From the NCBI GenBank assembly GCA_963675755.2, contig CAXXMD010000002.1:288001-352000 (forward strand): 64,000 nt of DNA, read 5' to 3'. The notes under the pieces are model-generated. The model ran no database searches. It was not told where the DNA came from and was given only the letters and a program-made list of their open reading frames with translations. A program made the translations under genes and the position numbers. The DNA is from a bacterium. GTDB lineage: Bacteria; Zhuqueibacterota; Zhuqueibacteria; Residuimicrobiales; Krinioviventaceae. This document shows positions 1-9,800 of the stretch, piece after piece (positions within the stretch are counted from its first letter, which is position 1; each line of letters opens with the position of its first letter).

Positions 1-2
1 GT

Positions 3-530
3 GCGGCAAATACAATTTCTATCCGAAACAAGAATACACGTAAAGATATTAATCAACTTCGACCTTTGCTTTTCAATCAATTCCCCGAAGTTGTCATTGA
101 AGATATTATGAAATTGGGTAAAATTTCACAACTGGGTCTTAAAGAGATGCAAGTGATTAATTTTACAGAAGATATTGCAATTGTTCTTGAAGGATCGTGT
201 AGATGTTTATTTGCGAACCGTGATTTGGGTGTTTTAAAAGCCTTTGAATCTATTGGTCATGAATTTATTGCTGAAGGTTTTGATCCTGATTCTACTTTAA
301 ATCTACAGGCATTAACTCCAACTGAGTTGTTCGTAATTCGCAGTGTTGACCTGGTAAAATTTCTTCACAGTCAGCAAAGTGATCTTTTGAATAAATTAAA
401 AAATAATATTAGGTTCATGCATACCAAAAGTTTGTTTACACTGGCACTCAAGAGTAATGCAAGTGCTTCACCAAATGGAGCTGATGCCGCTGGTGTTAAT
501 TTTGATGATACAAGCCTGTTAGGATTATAA
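3..530 (+). CDS. Cyclic-nucleotide-binding (Crp-like) domain protein, 5' partial
   Basis: Frame is open to the window edge (gcg gca aat...). IVLEGSC...LKAFESIGHE...LQALTPTELFVI resembles a degenerate cNMP-binding beta-roll. Confidence 0.5.
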   Translation, partial: AANTISIRNKNTRKDINQLRPLLFNQFPEVVIEDIMKLGKISQLGLKEMQVINFTEDIAIVLEGSCRCLFANRDLGVLKAFESIGHEFIAEGFDPDSTLNLQALTPTELFVIRSVDLVKFLHSQQSDLLNKLKNNIRFMHTKSLFTLALKSNASASPNGADAAGVNFDDTSLLGL

Positions 531-543
531 TTCAGGAATTTGA

Positions 544-1161
544 GTGATTCAATACTTTTATTTATCTTTTCTTTGGATTATTTGGTGCTTTTTGCACAGT
601 TTTTTTATTGCTTTATCTTTTGTTCAAAAGATTGAGCATAAACTGGGGGATTCTTTTCGTTACTACCGATTGCTATATAACCTTTTTGCATTCATTTCAT
701 TAATTCCAGTCTATCTGTACACCCGTTCTTTATATACCGAACCTTTTTGGATTTGGACTGGTAAACTTTTGATTGTTAAATATTTTCTAGTTTTTACAGG
801 ATTTGTTTTATTATGGTTAGGATCAAAAAGTTTTAGCATGAAGCAGTTTACCGGTATTTCTCAGGCTTTGAAAAGTAATTCCTTTCGCACTTTGAATAAA
901 AAAGGTGATATTAGTTCCAACGGAGTATTAAAATTTATCAGACACCCCTGGTATACCAGTGGAATTGTTTTAATTTGGTCCCAGAATTTTGATATAACCA
1001 GGTTGATCGTTGCAATTATTTTAACGATTTACATTGTAATAGGCGCTTTTTTGGAAGAACAAAAGCTTTTGAGGGAATTTGGTGATTCTTATAAAAATTA
1101 CCGGGAAAGTGTATCCATGTTTTTCCCGGTAAAATGGTTTAGAAAAAAGTTTAATTTTTAA
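544..1161 (+). CDS. Isoprenylcysteine carboxylmethyltransferase / NnrU / MddA-like membrane methyltransferase
   Basis: Multiple TM segments; motifs LHS, YRLLYN, IRHPWY, EEQKL..FG..Y..Y of the ICMT/PEMT family. Confidence 0.75.
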   Translation: MIQYFYLSFLWIIWCFLHSFFIALSFVQKIEHKLGDSFRYYRLLYNLFAFISLIPVYLYTRSLYTEPFWIWTGKLLIVKYFLVFTGFVLLWLGSKSFSMKQFTGISQALKSNSFRTLNKKGDISSNGVLKFIRHPWYTSGIVLIWSQNFDITRLIVAIILTIYIVIGAFLEEQKLLREFGDSYKNYRESVSMFFPVKWFRKKFNF

Positions 1162-1168
1162 TATCAGG

Positions 1169-1402
1169 TTATTTTGATAACCATTCAAGAATTTGCTTTT
1201 CTTCAGGTAGTTTTCCGGAACACATAACCGTACCATCAATAACCAATGCTGGCGTCATCATGATTCCATAAGAGAGAATGTCATTAATTTCAGACACCTT
1301 TTCAAGTTCTATGTTTATGTTGTTTGTTGAGGCAACCTGTTTAACACGATCTTCCAGCATATTACATTTTGGGCAGCCAGTACCCAGCACTTTAACATTC
1401 AT
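1169..1402 (-). CDS. Small redox-active disulfide protein (MTH895/thioredoxin_3 family)
   Basis: 77 aa; VLGTGCPKC and MMTPALVIDG motifs; lies next to an ars-type permease. Confidence 0.9.
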   Translation of the reverse strand: MNVKVLGTGCPKCNMLEDRVKQVASTNNINIELEKVSEINDILSYGIMMTPALVIDGTVMCSGKLPEEKQILEWLSK

Positions 1403-1413
1403 TTGAATTCCTT

Positions 1414-2193
1414 TTATATTGTTTTAATTTTATTAAATAATTCAGGCAATTTTGTATTATAAAATTCCATTATTTTTTCTTGTGTTTCACCCAGTGGTTT
1501 TACTGGAACGAGATCTTGAACTTGATCATATTCCAGTCCTGAATCAAACAAAGTTTTCAAAGAGGTGTCTGTCATGATTTTTACCGCAGAAACTGCTTCA
1601 TCCGCATCCATACCAAATTCTTTTGCCAGTTGGTGCATTGTGTGCCATTGAAACCACAAATAAGTGGGGCCCATTGCCACTATCATTGCATATGCTTCCA
1701 GTTTTGCTTCAGCTATAACGGGTGCTTGTCCTAAATATTTGAATGCTGTAAATACTTTTTCCTGTTCCTGGGGAGATACAAATGATGAAAAACAAATTGG
1801 ATTTAATCCTTCATTAATAATTGAAGCTGCACTTGGAATTGTACGAACAATATTCTTATGATTATCCAAACCAGCAGATATAGCCTGGATTGTGAACTTG
1901 GGAGCCAGGGAAATGATCAAGGTATTTTCTTCAATATGTCCTTTAATTGAATCCAGAACTGATTTTATTACAGGAGGGTGTACAGCAATTACAATTGTCT
2001 TAAAATCTTTAACATTTGAACCTATTGATTCCACTGTCTTGATGCTAAATTTATTCTCGAGTTTTTCAACAACGGTTGAATCAGGATCAAATACTGTTAT
2101 ATTGTTGAGAGGTATGTTGCTGTTAGCCCATCCCTGCAGCATAAAATTTACAACTCTTCCGCCACCAATAAACAAAATTTTTGAATTTAACAT
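1414..2193 (-). CDS. Divergent pyrroline-5-carboxylate reductase-like NAD(P)-binding protein
   Basis: Rossmann FIGGGRV, IAVHP, IISLA, VRTIP, GPTY motifs match the ProC fold, but the C-terminal SPGGTT motif is absent (VPVKPL instead). Confidence 0.7.
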   Translation of the reverse strand: MLNSKILFIGGGRVVNFMLQGWANSNIPLNNITVFDPDSTVVEKLENKFSIKTVESIGSNVKDFKTIVIAVHPPVIKSVLDSIKGHIEENTLIISLAPKFTIQAISAGLDNHKNIVRTIPSAASIINEGLNPICFSSFVSPQEQEKVFTAFKYLGQAPVIAEAKLEAYAMIVAMGPTYLWFQWHTMHQLAKEFGMDADEAVSAVKIMTDTSLKTLFDSGLEYDQVQDLVPVKPLGETQEKIMEFYNTKLPELFNKIKTI

Positions 2194-2344
2194 GGTCCCT
2201 CCAGATAAATTTTTTTAAAAAATTGGTTATTCTGGTTACAGATTAACAATTCCATTCTTCTACTAAAATATTTGAATACATTATCTTAAATATTTTTAAT
2301 TATAAATCTCAAACTTATCATTCAATAATACTAGATGTAGATAA

Positions 2345-3640
2345 TTAAAAAAATATGCCAAAAACCAAACCAGTTAATGTAGACATGAGAATAACAAGTG
2401 TTATAAATACAGATGTCTTTTTAATTCCCATTACACTATTGATAACAAGCATATTGGGAAGTGACAATGCAGGACCCGCCAGCAACAAGGCAAGTGCAGG
2501 CCCCTTTGCCATACCACCGGCAATTAATCCCTGAAGTATTGGGATTTCTGTCAAAGTGGCAAAATACATGAATGCGCCAATAAACGATGCGAAAAAGTTT
2601 GAAAAAAATGTGTTTTTGCCAACAAACATGATAATCCATTTACTGTTGATAATACCTTCACTTCCCGGGGAGCCCAGCAAAAATCCTGCTGCAAGTACTC
2701 CTATTGCCAGCAAAGGCATAATTTGTTTTGCGAATACCCAGGTTGAAGTCATCCATTCACCAGCTTCGCCATTATCAAAGGACAGAATTATGGAAAGCCC
2801 AATAACTGCAAATATAAAGGGTACAAGCGGATTATTGGTAAGGATGGATATTAATACAGTCATTATTGTAATAGCAATAACCAGAATTTTTTTAATTTTT
2901 AAAACATATACAAGCGATACAGCGAAAAGAATTCCAAAAATCCCTGTAATCATCCATTTGTGACTGTATATCTGGAACCATGCTCCCACGGATTCTGTTG
3001 GTTTACCCCAGTTAACAAAAATAAGGATCGCAATCAGAGTAAACATGTGAAAAACAGTTTTCCATATATTTTGATCATTTTCTGAATTGATAACAACTGC
3101 CTGTAGTTTTTCTTTTTCTCGTTCTTCTTTAATAAATATTATATGCATTAACAAGCCAATAACAATGCTAAAAACAACCGCTCCTACAATTCTAGCAATA
3201 CCCAGTTCAAAACCTAAAATTCTTGCCGTAAGAATGATGGCCAGTATATTTATTGCCGGACCTGAATATAAAAACGCAACCGCGGGGCCTAAACCTGCAC
3301 CGCGCTGATAAATACTTGCAAAAAGAGGGAGGATGGTGCAGGAACAAACGGCTAGTATAGACCCGGAAAGCGATGCTACTAAATAAGCCGTTACTTTTTT
3401 AGCTTGTGCTCCCAGGTATTTAATCACGGCATTCTGACTGATAAATACACTGATTACACCTGCAATGAAAAAAGCTGGGACCAGGCATAATAAAACATGT
3501 TCACGCGCATACCATTTTAAAAGAATTAATGATTCTTTAACAGCATTAATTAACTCTGGTTTTTCAACAGGTAAAAAATATGCTGTAATAAATAATATTA
3601 CTATTATTAAAAGGGGTTTTCTTTCATTTTTCCAGTTCAA
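2345..3640 (-). CDS. Permease, ArsP/DUF318 family
   Basis: AVCSCTILP, FLYSGPAIN, YFATLTEIP, GPALSLP motifs; many TM helices; TTG start with GGAG RBS overlapping the arsR end. Confidence 0.9.
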   Translation of the reverse strand: MNWKNERKPLLIIVILFITAYFLPVEKPELINAVKESLILLKWYAREHVLLCLVPAFFIAGVISVFISQNAVIKYLGAQAKKVTAYLVASLSGSILAVCSCTILPLFASIYQRGAGLGPAVAFLYSGPAINILAIILTARILGFELGIARIVGAVVFSIVIGLLMHIIFIKEEREKEKLQAVVINSENDQNIWKTVFHMFTLIAILIFVNWGKPTESVGAWFQIYSHKWMITGIFGILFAVSLVYVLKIKKILVIAITIMTVLISILTNNPLVPFIFAVIGLSIILSFDNGEAGEWMTSTWVFAKQIMPLLAIGVLAAGFLLGSPGSEGIINSKWIIMFVGKNTFFSNFFASFIGAFMYFATLTEIPILQGLIAGGMAKGPALALLLAGPALSLPNMLVINSVMGIKKTSVFITLVILMSTLTGLVFGIFF

Positions 3641-3998
3641 TTTTATCTCCTAAACTACACAATTGGTTTCGATCCACAGTTTCTACAAGTTTTAAATCTG
3701 TTGCAACTGTATTGGGGTCCGATATTTTCTCATGAACAATTGCCAAGAGGGAGGTAATGATGGGGTCATTGGTTTTTTCATTTATATAATAATTCACCCA
3801 TTTTTGTTCTTTAATATCATAAATAAAGCCCGCATTCCTTAATATTTGCAAATGTTTAGATACGGTTGATGTTGCAAGTTTTAATACCGCCTGAATTTCA
3901 CAAACACACATGGAGCGTTGTTGCAGCATTTTGATAATGCGAATACGGTTAGGATCGGAAAGTGCTTTGAATTTTTCTGTGATTTCTCTCATGATCAT
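3624..3998 (-). CDS. arsR: ArsR/SmtB family metalloregulator
   Basis: FKALSDPNRIRI, MCVCE metal-binding box, STVSKHLQIL helix-turn-helix. Confidence 0.9.
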   Translation of the reverse strand: MIMREITEKFKALSDPNRIRIIKMLQQRSMCVCEIQAVLKLATSTVSKHLQILRNAGFIYDIKEQKWVNYYINEKTNDPIITSLLAIVHEKISDPNTVATDLKLVETVDRNQLCSLGDKIELEK

Positions 3999-4001
3999 CT
4001 C

Positions 4002-4021
4002 ATTTCGTTATTTGACGAAAT
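4002..4021. promoter_or_regulatory. Putative ArsR operator (inverted repeat)
   Basis: ATTTCGT-tatttg-ACGAAAT perfect 7-bp inverted repeat immediately upstream of the arsR start. Confidence 0.65.
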
Positions 4022-4089
4022 ATAATAATATGATATCTAAAAATCAATAAAAAAATTATGCAAGTGAATATAAGAGGGGGAAAATAAAA

Positions 4090-4118
4090 ATAAACTGCCC
4101 CAGGATGGGGCAGTTTAT
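4090..4118 (-). terminator. Rho-independent terminator of the PmoA-like gene
   Basis: ATAAACTGCCCC-aggat-GGGGCAGTTTAT hairpin with a T-tract on the minus strand. Confidence 0.8.
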
Positions 4119-4130
4119 AAGAATAACTAA

Positions 4131-5099
4131 TTATTGTACATATTTTTCGTACATTGCTTCCAGTTCTTCCTGAGTTTTTGTGCCTTCGTATACAATCACT
4201 TTAAAGTGAAAAGTAGCACTCTGACCAGGTTCAAGTGTCAGGTTGTAGGGAACTGGTTCCTGTTCACGACCTTTTTGGAAAACTGACTGGCCAAGTGGAT
4301 TGGCAGCAAACAGACCGTAATCACGTGCATGCCAATAGGTTGGGTAATTGTTGCTTTCAGGATGGTTAAAAATAGCAATGCCATAAACTTTATCGTCTTT
4401 TTTACCTTCAAGAGTAACCCATTTTGCGCGAGTTGCCCAGATGTTCTTGGCAGTACGATCACCATTTGAGCTCAGGTATTCACTATTGCCACTTCTTTCT
4501 TTTAACCAGTGAGCAACACGAATTGCAAACATACCTTCTTTGGTATCGTTGAAAACAACTTTATCATCAAGAGCCGTCAGGGTCATTTTCATATCAACAC
4601 AATTTGCAGTACCATTGCTGCTGAAAACCATAGTGCGGTCTTCTTTTAAAATTGGTTTTTCATTTTTGTCAACCCATTGCATTACCGTACCCAATGTACC
4701 GGTTTTTGCATCCATTTTGGTGGTTTCCAGGTGTTGAATTTGAGGGGGAAAAGTAGTATTGTTCCAGAAACCATTTTCATTTACTTCATCATAGGTGAAA
4801 AAGATACCGGTATGATGAGGATGGTCATGGCTTTCACCTTCAACTTCTTCAAATGGATACATACGAGTAACAACAGTACCTGAAACAGATTCTACCGGAA
4901 AAAGAACCGGTTTAGTCAAGGTTGTTTTATCATATTTGTAGGAAGTAAAAAAGTTACCATCTACCAATACGTCAATCTGATTTTCGCCCTCTACAAAAGA
5001 AATAGAGCGACCTGTTTTTTCTTGTGCCTCTTGCGTACTGCAGGCAACAAACATCACAGATACTGAAAACAATATCATGACTAGCAGTGCTTTTCTCAT
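4131..5099 (-). CDS. PmoA-like family (DUF6807) lipoprotein, probably carbohydrate-associated
   Basis: Lipobox FVAC; KPVLFP, DHPHHTG, DTKEG, WHARDYGLFAANP motifs. This is not true particulate methane monooxygenase. Confidence 0.8.
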   Translation of the reverse strand: MRKALLVMILFSVSVMFVACSTQEAQEKTGRSISFVEGENQIDVLVDGNFFTSYKYDKTTLTKPVLFPVESVSGTVVTRMYPFEEVEGESHDHPHHTGIFFTYDEVNENGFWNNTTFPPQIQHLETTKMDAKTGTLGTVMQWVDKNEKPILKEDRTMVFSSNGTANCVDMKMTLTALDDKVVFNDTKEGMFAIRVAHWLKERSGNSEYLSSNGDRTAKNIWATRAKWVTLEGKKDDKVYGIAIFNHPESNNYPTYWHARDYGLFAANPLGQSVFQKGREQEPVPYNLTLEPGQSATFHFKVIVYEGTKTQEELEAMYEKYVQ

Positions 5100-5100
5100 T

Positions 5101-5625
5101 TTAACTCCTCCTTAGGATTGTATAGGTATTTTGAAAAATAGTAAATGAATTATTGTCAAATAAACTAAAGATTACATTATTTAAACTACTTTTTTTTTCT
5201 GAATAATCCAATACTGTTTTTAACATTATTTGGGCACATTTTTCAATTGGGTAGCCAAATATACCCGTACTGATTGCAGGGAATGCAATAGATAATAGCT
5301 TGTATTTATTTCCAAGTTCCAGAGCTGAAAGGGTGGCATTTTTAAGCTTGTTGTCTTCATCCCCAGAGCCCATTATGGGACCTACGGTGTGAATAACATA
5401 TTTTGCTTTTAATGATCCGCCTGATGTTATTGCAGCGGTACCGGTTTTGACAATACCATGGGTTTTAACCCATTCATTACTCTGTACCTGTATTATAGGG
5501 CCACCTTTACGAGAGATAGCGCCGGCAACACCACCACCATGAGAAAGATGTTCATTAGCTGCATTCACGATGGCATCAACATTCAGATCAGTTATATCTG
5601 CTTGAATTATATCTATTTTAATCAT
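5101..5625 (-). CDS. Macro domain protein (O-acetyl-ADP-ribose deacetylase, YmdB-like)
   Basis: DIT..VDAIVNAAN, GGGVAGAI, VIHTVGP, FPAISTGIFGYP. Confidence 0.93.
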   Translation of the reverse strand: MIKIDIIQADITDLNVDAIVNAANEHLSHGGGVAGAISRKGGPIIQVQSNEWVKTHGIVKTGTAAITSGGSLKAKYVIHTVGPIMGSGDEDNKLKNATLSALELGNKYKLLSIAFPAISTGIFGYPIEKCAQIMLKTVLDYSEKKSSLNNVIFSLFDNNSFTIFQNTYTILRRS

Positions 5626-6946
5626 TTACAATGTCTTGATAAATATATATATTATTTGTATACACCCAGGGGTACCATTGGTCATCAAATTCTAAATACG
5701 CTGTTATGCGGTAATTACCTGGAGAAATATCTTTTGTAAATTGGTACATGTATTCTTTATTGATTGAATCAAAAAGCTTACCGTCTTTATACAACTCGTA
5801 CCTTACCGGGTAAGGAGAGACCGCCTGAATAGTACTAACCTGTTCAAGTTTTACAGAATCGCCTACAATAGCTGAAAGATTATTCCCCGCATCAAGACTA
5901 AAGAATTCAAAGCCTGTAGCATCTGCCAAATGATCAAAAGACACAAATGAATGGCCGGCAGCTAAATTGTTTTTGATAGCTTTGGCTGTCAATGTATCGC
6001 TAAACACGTGATCGTTTACATAATGAAAAGAACATTCATACGGATCCACATCCCAGCGAAAAGCCCAGCCGGTAACGTCTGTCTTTTTAAGTAGAATTTT
6101 TTCCAAAAGACCTGGAGCTTTAACTGTTATAGTATGTGCATCCGGTCCAACCCATTCTACACTATCATCTGCAGTATATCTTGCTCTTATATTCTGATTA
6201 TTGTGAGCATCAGGGGCACCAATTCCCGTAATGCGCCGGGTTTGGTTTAATCGATCCCAGTTTTCCAGTATCTCGGTTTGTATGTCAAAGAATTCTCTAA
6301 AAGCCCAATGTCTGTATTTTTTACCTGTAATTGCTGCATTGATCAGGATTGGAACCAGGCTTTCTTCATCTTTAATATCTGTGTGGATATTGTATATTTC
6401 CATTCCCTGGTAATCCGGATTGTCCCAATCATGGGGCTCTTCTGTATGTATATAATAGACAAATCCATTATTCCTGATAACATTTTTAATCAAAGTATCG
6501 ATTGCTGTTTTCCAATCCAAGATTACCGTATCTAGAGGATTAATTCCCAGGCCGCTTTTCTCAGAGCCAGGTTCAATAAGGATACCGTCATAGTCACCAT
6601 AATAGCTGCGTGGAAAAGAGTCTTGATCGCAATGTGGATGATCAGAGAAAAAGATGAAATCGAGGTTTGCTTTCTTGGCAGCGGGAAGTATTTCATTAAT
6701 ATTGCCATGACTGTCATGTGACCAATAGGTATGTGAATGCAGAATACCATTGAATGCATGCAACGGTATGTATTGTTTGGGGGTTTTATATTCCAATTGT
6801 AGTGCCAGTTTTTGTTTTTCGAGACGGGGATATGTAACCAGACGACGCCATATTGAAGGAGCTGTAAAATAGAGGGCAATTAATATTATCAATATTACTA
6901 CGATAGATAAAATATAACCAACAGTTTTTAAGACTTTTTTTAGCAA
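5618..6946 (-). CDS. Membrane-anchored PHP-domain metallophosphoesterase-like protein
   Basis: N-terminal TM; HSH..SHDS, SDH, H, DAH metal ligands of the PHP fold. Confidence 0.7.
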   Translation of the reverse strand: MLKKVLKTVGYILSIVVILIILIALYFTAPSIWRRLVTYPRLEKQKLALQLEYKTPKQYIPLHAFNGILHSHTYWSHDSHGNINEILPAAKKANLDFIFFSDHPHCDQDSFPRSYYGDYDGILIEPGSEKSGLGINPLDTVILDWKTAIDTLIKNVIRNNGFVYYIHTEEPHDWDNPDYQGMEIYNIHTDIKDEESLVPILINAAITGKKYRHWAFREFFDIQTEILENWDRLNQTRRITGIGAPDAHNNQNIRARYTADDSVEWVGPDAHTITVKAPGLLEKILLKKTDVTGWAFRWDVDPYECSFHYVNDHVFSDTLTAKAIKNNLAAGHSFVSFDHLADATGFEFFSLDAGNNLSAIVGDSVKLEQVSTIQAVSPYPVRYELYKDGKLFDSINKEYMYQFTKDISPGNYRITAYLEFDDQWYPWVYTNNIYIYQDIVND

Positions 6947-7197
6947 GACTATCCTGAATTGTTTGGTTGCAATGCTTTAAGAAAAAGTTGGTAAAGGTGT
7001 GAGCAAAATTAACATATAACAATTTACAAAATGTATGCATATTTTAAAAGTGATTTATTTTAAAACAGATGATAGTGAATATTTTTTCAATATTCACCCA
7101 GTAACAATAACTTGATGTTTGTATTTTCTTTTATTTATCTTTCCAATTCATTATTTTGTAAAGGATTATTTATGAATTCTTAAATAAAGGATTGCAA

Positions 7198-9489
7198 ATG
7201 AAACGCATTATTGGGCTATTCATAATTTTGATGTTGATCGTTAATGGATTTTCTGCTGACCATTGTATGAATAATGATCTTACAAGTTTTGTAAACCCAT
7301 TAATTGGTACAGATTCTGAATTCAAACTGTCAAATGGCAATACATATCCTGCAATTGCGTTACCATGGGGTATGAATTTCTGGACACCCTATACTGCTGA
7401 TATGGGAAATGGGTGGCAGTATGCTTATGATGCTTACAAAATAAAAGGATTCAAACAGACTCATCAACCTTCACCGTGGATAGGGGATTATGCTGCATTT
7501 GCTTTAATGCCATTAACGGGTGAATTAAAAATAGATCAGGAAGAAAGGGCCTCGTGGTTCAGCCATAAACGGGAAACGGTTTTGCCTCATTATTATAAAG
7601 TATATTTGGGCGATTATGACATTTGGACTGAGATTGCTCCAACAGATCGCTCTGCTTGTTTTCGTTTCACTTTTCCCGAAGCAAATGAAGCTTATATATT
7701 GGTAGATGCTTTTTTTCAAGGTTCGTCGGTTACAGTACTTCCCAATGAGAAAAAGATTATGGGGTACTGCTCCAATAACCGGGGAGGTGTGCCTGATAAT
7801 TTCAAGAATTATTTTGTAATAACATTTGATAAAGAATTTGAAATGGCTTCCACTTGGGAAGATTCTACGGTTTATCCCAATACCTTGTCCCGAACAGGGG
7901 AGCATGTAGGTGCTGTTTTAAAATTCAAGACAAAACGTAATGAGCAGATCACTGCCAGGGTATCTTCTTCGTTTATTAGTCCTGAACAGGCTGAATTGAA
8001 TCTCGAACGTGAAATTGGACAAAAATCTTTTGATATAGTTAAAAATAATGCTCGAGAAATATGGAACAAAGAGCTTAATCGCATACGTGTGACAGGTGGG
8101 AGTGATGACCAAAAGATAGTATTTTATACCGCTCTGTACCGGACCATGCTTTTCCCGCGTAAATTTTGGGAACTTGATAAAGACGGTAATGTAATGCATT
8201 ACAGTCCATATAATGGCCAGGTTTTACCAGGTTATATGTATACTGATAATGGATTTTGGGATACGTTTCGAGCTGTTTTTCCATTTTTTACACTTGTGTA
8301 CCCCGAATTAAATAGCCAAATTATGCAGGGTTTGGTTAATACCTATAAAGAAAGCGGTTGGCTTCCAGAATGGGCGAGTCCGGGACATCGAAATTGTATG
8401 ATAGGCTCCAACTCTGCCTCACTCATAGCAGATTCATATTTAAAGGGGATACGGGGATATGATATAGAGACGCTATATGAGGCAATTCTCAAAAATTCAG
8501 AGAATGAAGGTCCATTGAAATCTGTTGGACGCTTTGGTGTGAAATATTATAATGAAATGGGTTATATACCTTATGATGTGAATGTAAATGAAAATGTTGC
8601 CCGTACATTGGAATACAGTTATGATGATTTTACAATCTGGAAGTTGGCCCAGGCTTTAAACAAGCCCCGAAATGAAATCGATCGTTTTGCAAAGAGAGCC
8701 CAGTTTTATCATAATGTGTTTGACAAATCTACCAATTTTATGCGGGGTAAAAATAAAGATGGTTCGTGGCAAGCACCATTTGTTCCTGAAAAATGGGGAG
8801 ATGCTTTTACAGAGGGTTGTGCCTGGCATTATACCTGGTCTGTTTTCCATGATCCTCAAGGTTTAATTGATCTTATGGGAGGTAAAGAAGCCTTTGTCAC
8901 AAAACTCGATTCGGTTTTTACATCACCTCCTGATTTTGATTTTTCCTATTATGGCATTCAAATCCATGAAATTACGGAAATGGTCATCGCAGGTATGGGG
9001 CAATATGCACATGGAAATCAACCCATACAACATGGAATATATTTGTACAATTATGCCGGAGAGCCCTGGAAAGCGCAAAAAAGAGTGCGCGAAGTAATGG
9101 ATCTGTTATATACCCCTAATCCGGATGGGCTCTGCGGAGATGAAGATAATGGACAAACATCAGCCTGGTATGTTTTTTCTGCAATGGGTTTTTATCCTGT
9201 ATGTCCTGGTACGGACCAGTATGTATTGGGTTCACCCTTGTTTAATAAAGTGGAATTAACTCTTGAGAATGGTAATGTTTTTACAATTAATGCTGAAAAT
9301 AATTGTAATTGCAATGTGTATATCCAAAAAGCAGAATTAAACGGTAAAGTGTATACCCAAAATTACCTCGCTCATAAAACCATTCAGGATGGCGGAGTTT
9401 TGAATTTGGAAATGAGTAAAGAACCCAATCTTAATCGGGGAATTGAAAAAGAGGACTTTCCATATTCCATGAGCAATGAACTAAAATAA
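7198..9489 (+). CDS. GH92 alpha-1,2-mannosidase
   Basis: Signal peptide; VNPLIGT, GNTYP..PWGMN, WDTFR, HGNQP, GDEDNGQTSAWY. Confidence 0.95.
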   Translation: MKRIIGLFIILMLIVNGFSADHCMNNDLTSFVNPLIGTDSEFKLSNGNTYPAIALPWGMNFWTPYTADMGNGWQYAYDAYKIKGFKQTHQPSPWIGDYAAFALMPLTGELKIDQEERASWFSHKRETVLPHYYKVYLGDYDIWTEIAPTDRSACFRFTFPEANEAYILVDAFFQGSSVTVLPNEKKIMGYCSNNRGGVPDNFKNYFVITFDKEFEMASTWEDSTVYPNTLSRTGEHVGAVLKFKTKRNEQITARVSSSFISPEQAELNLEREIGQKSFDIVKNNAREIWNKELNRIRVTGGSDDQKIVFYTALYRTMLFPRKFWELDKDGNVMHYSPYNGQVLPGYMYTDNGFWDTFRAVFPFFTLVYPELNSQIMQGLVNTYKESGWLPEWASPGHRNCMIGSNSASLIADSYLKGIRGYDIETLYEAILKNSENEGPLKSVGRFGVKYYNEMGYIPYDVNVNENVARTLEYSYDDFTIWKLAQALNKPRNEIDRFAKRAQFYHNVFDKSTNFMRGKNKDGSWQAPFVPEKWGDAFTEGCAWHYTWSVFHDPQGLIDLMGGKEAFVTKLDSVFTSPPDFDFSYYGIQIHEITEMVIAGMGQYAHGNQPIQHGIYLYNYAGEPWKAQKRVREVMDLLYTPNPDGLCGDEDNGQTSAWYVFSAMGFYPVCPGTDQYVLGSPLFNKVELTLENGNVFTINAENNCNCNVYIQKAELNGKVYTQNYLAHKTIQDGGVLNLEMSKEPNLNRGIEKEDFPYSMSNELK

Positions 9490-9534
9490 ACCCACTGGAT
9501 TCAAAATCCAGCGGTACCCTGTTTCATAATCAAT

Positions 9535-9577
9535 ATCAACAAAAAAAGCCTCTTTAAAAGAGGCTTTTTTTGTTGAT
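9535..9577. terminator. Bidirectional terminator between GH92 and the tRNA
   Basis: ATCAACAAAAAAAGCCTCTTT-a-AAAGAGGCTTTTTTTGTTGAT long perfect inverted repeat between convergent genes. Confidence 0.85.
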
Positions 9578-9582
9578 TGTTG

Positions 9583-9656
<74 letters not shown>

Positions 9657-9800
9657 TTGTAAAGAAATTTACTAAATTAGATGCAATTTGTAAAGGATTT
9701 AATTCTTTTTTGTTCAATTCATTTTAATAAAATTTTAGAACGTTGAGAAATAAATAAGTTATTATTTTGTTTTTACATCTATACTTGGAAAAGGAGTTAT

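Noticed and set aside
4131-5099. Methane monooxygenase (PmoA name)
   Set aside because: It is a soluble lipoprotein of the misleadingly named PmoA-like family; there is no pmoB/pmoC and no polytopic membrane topology.
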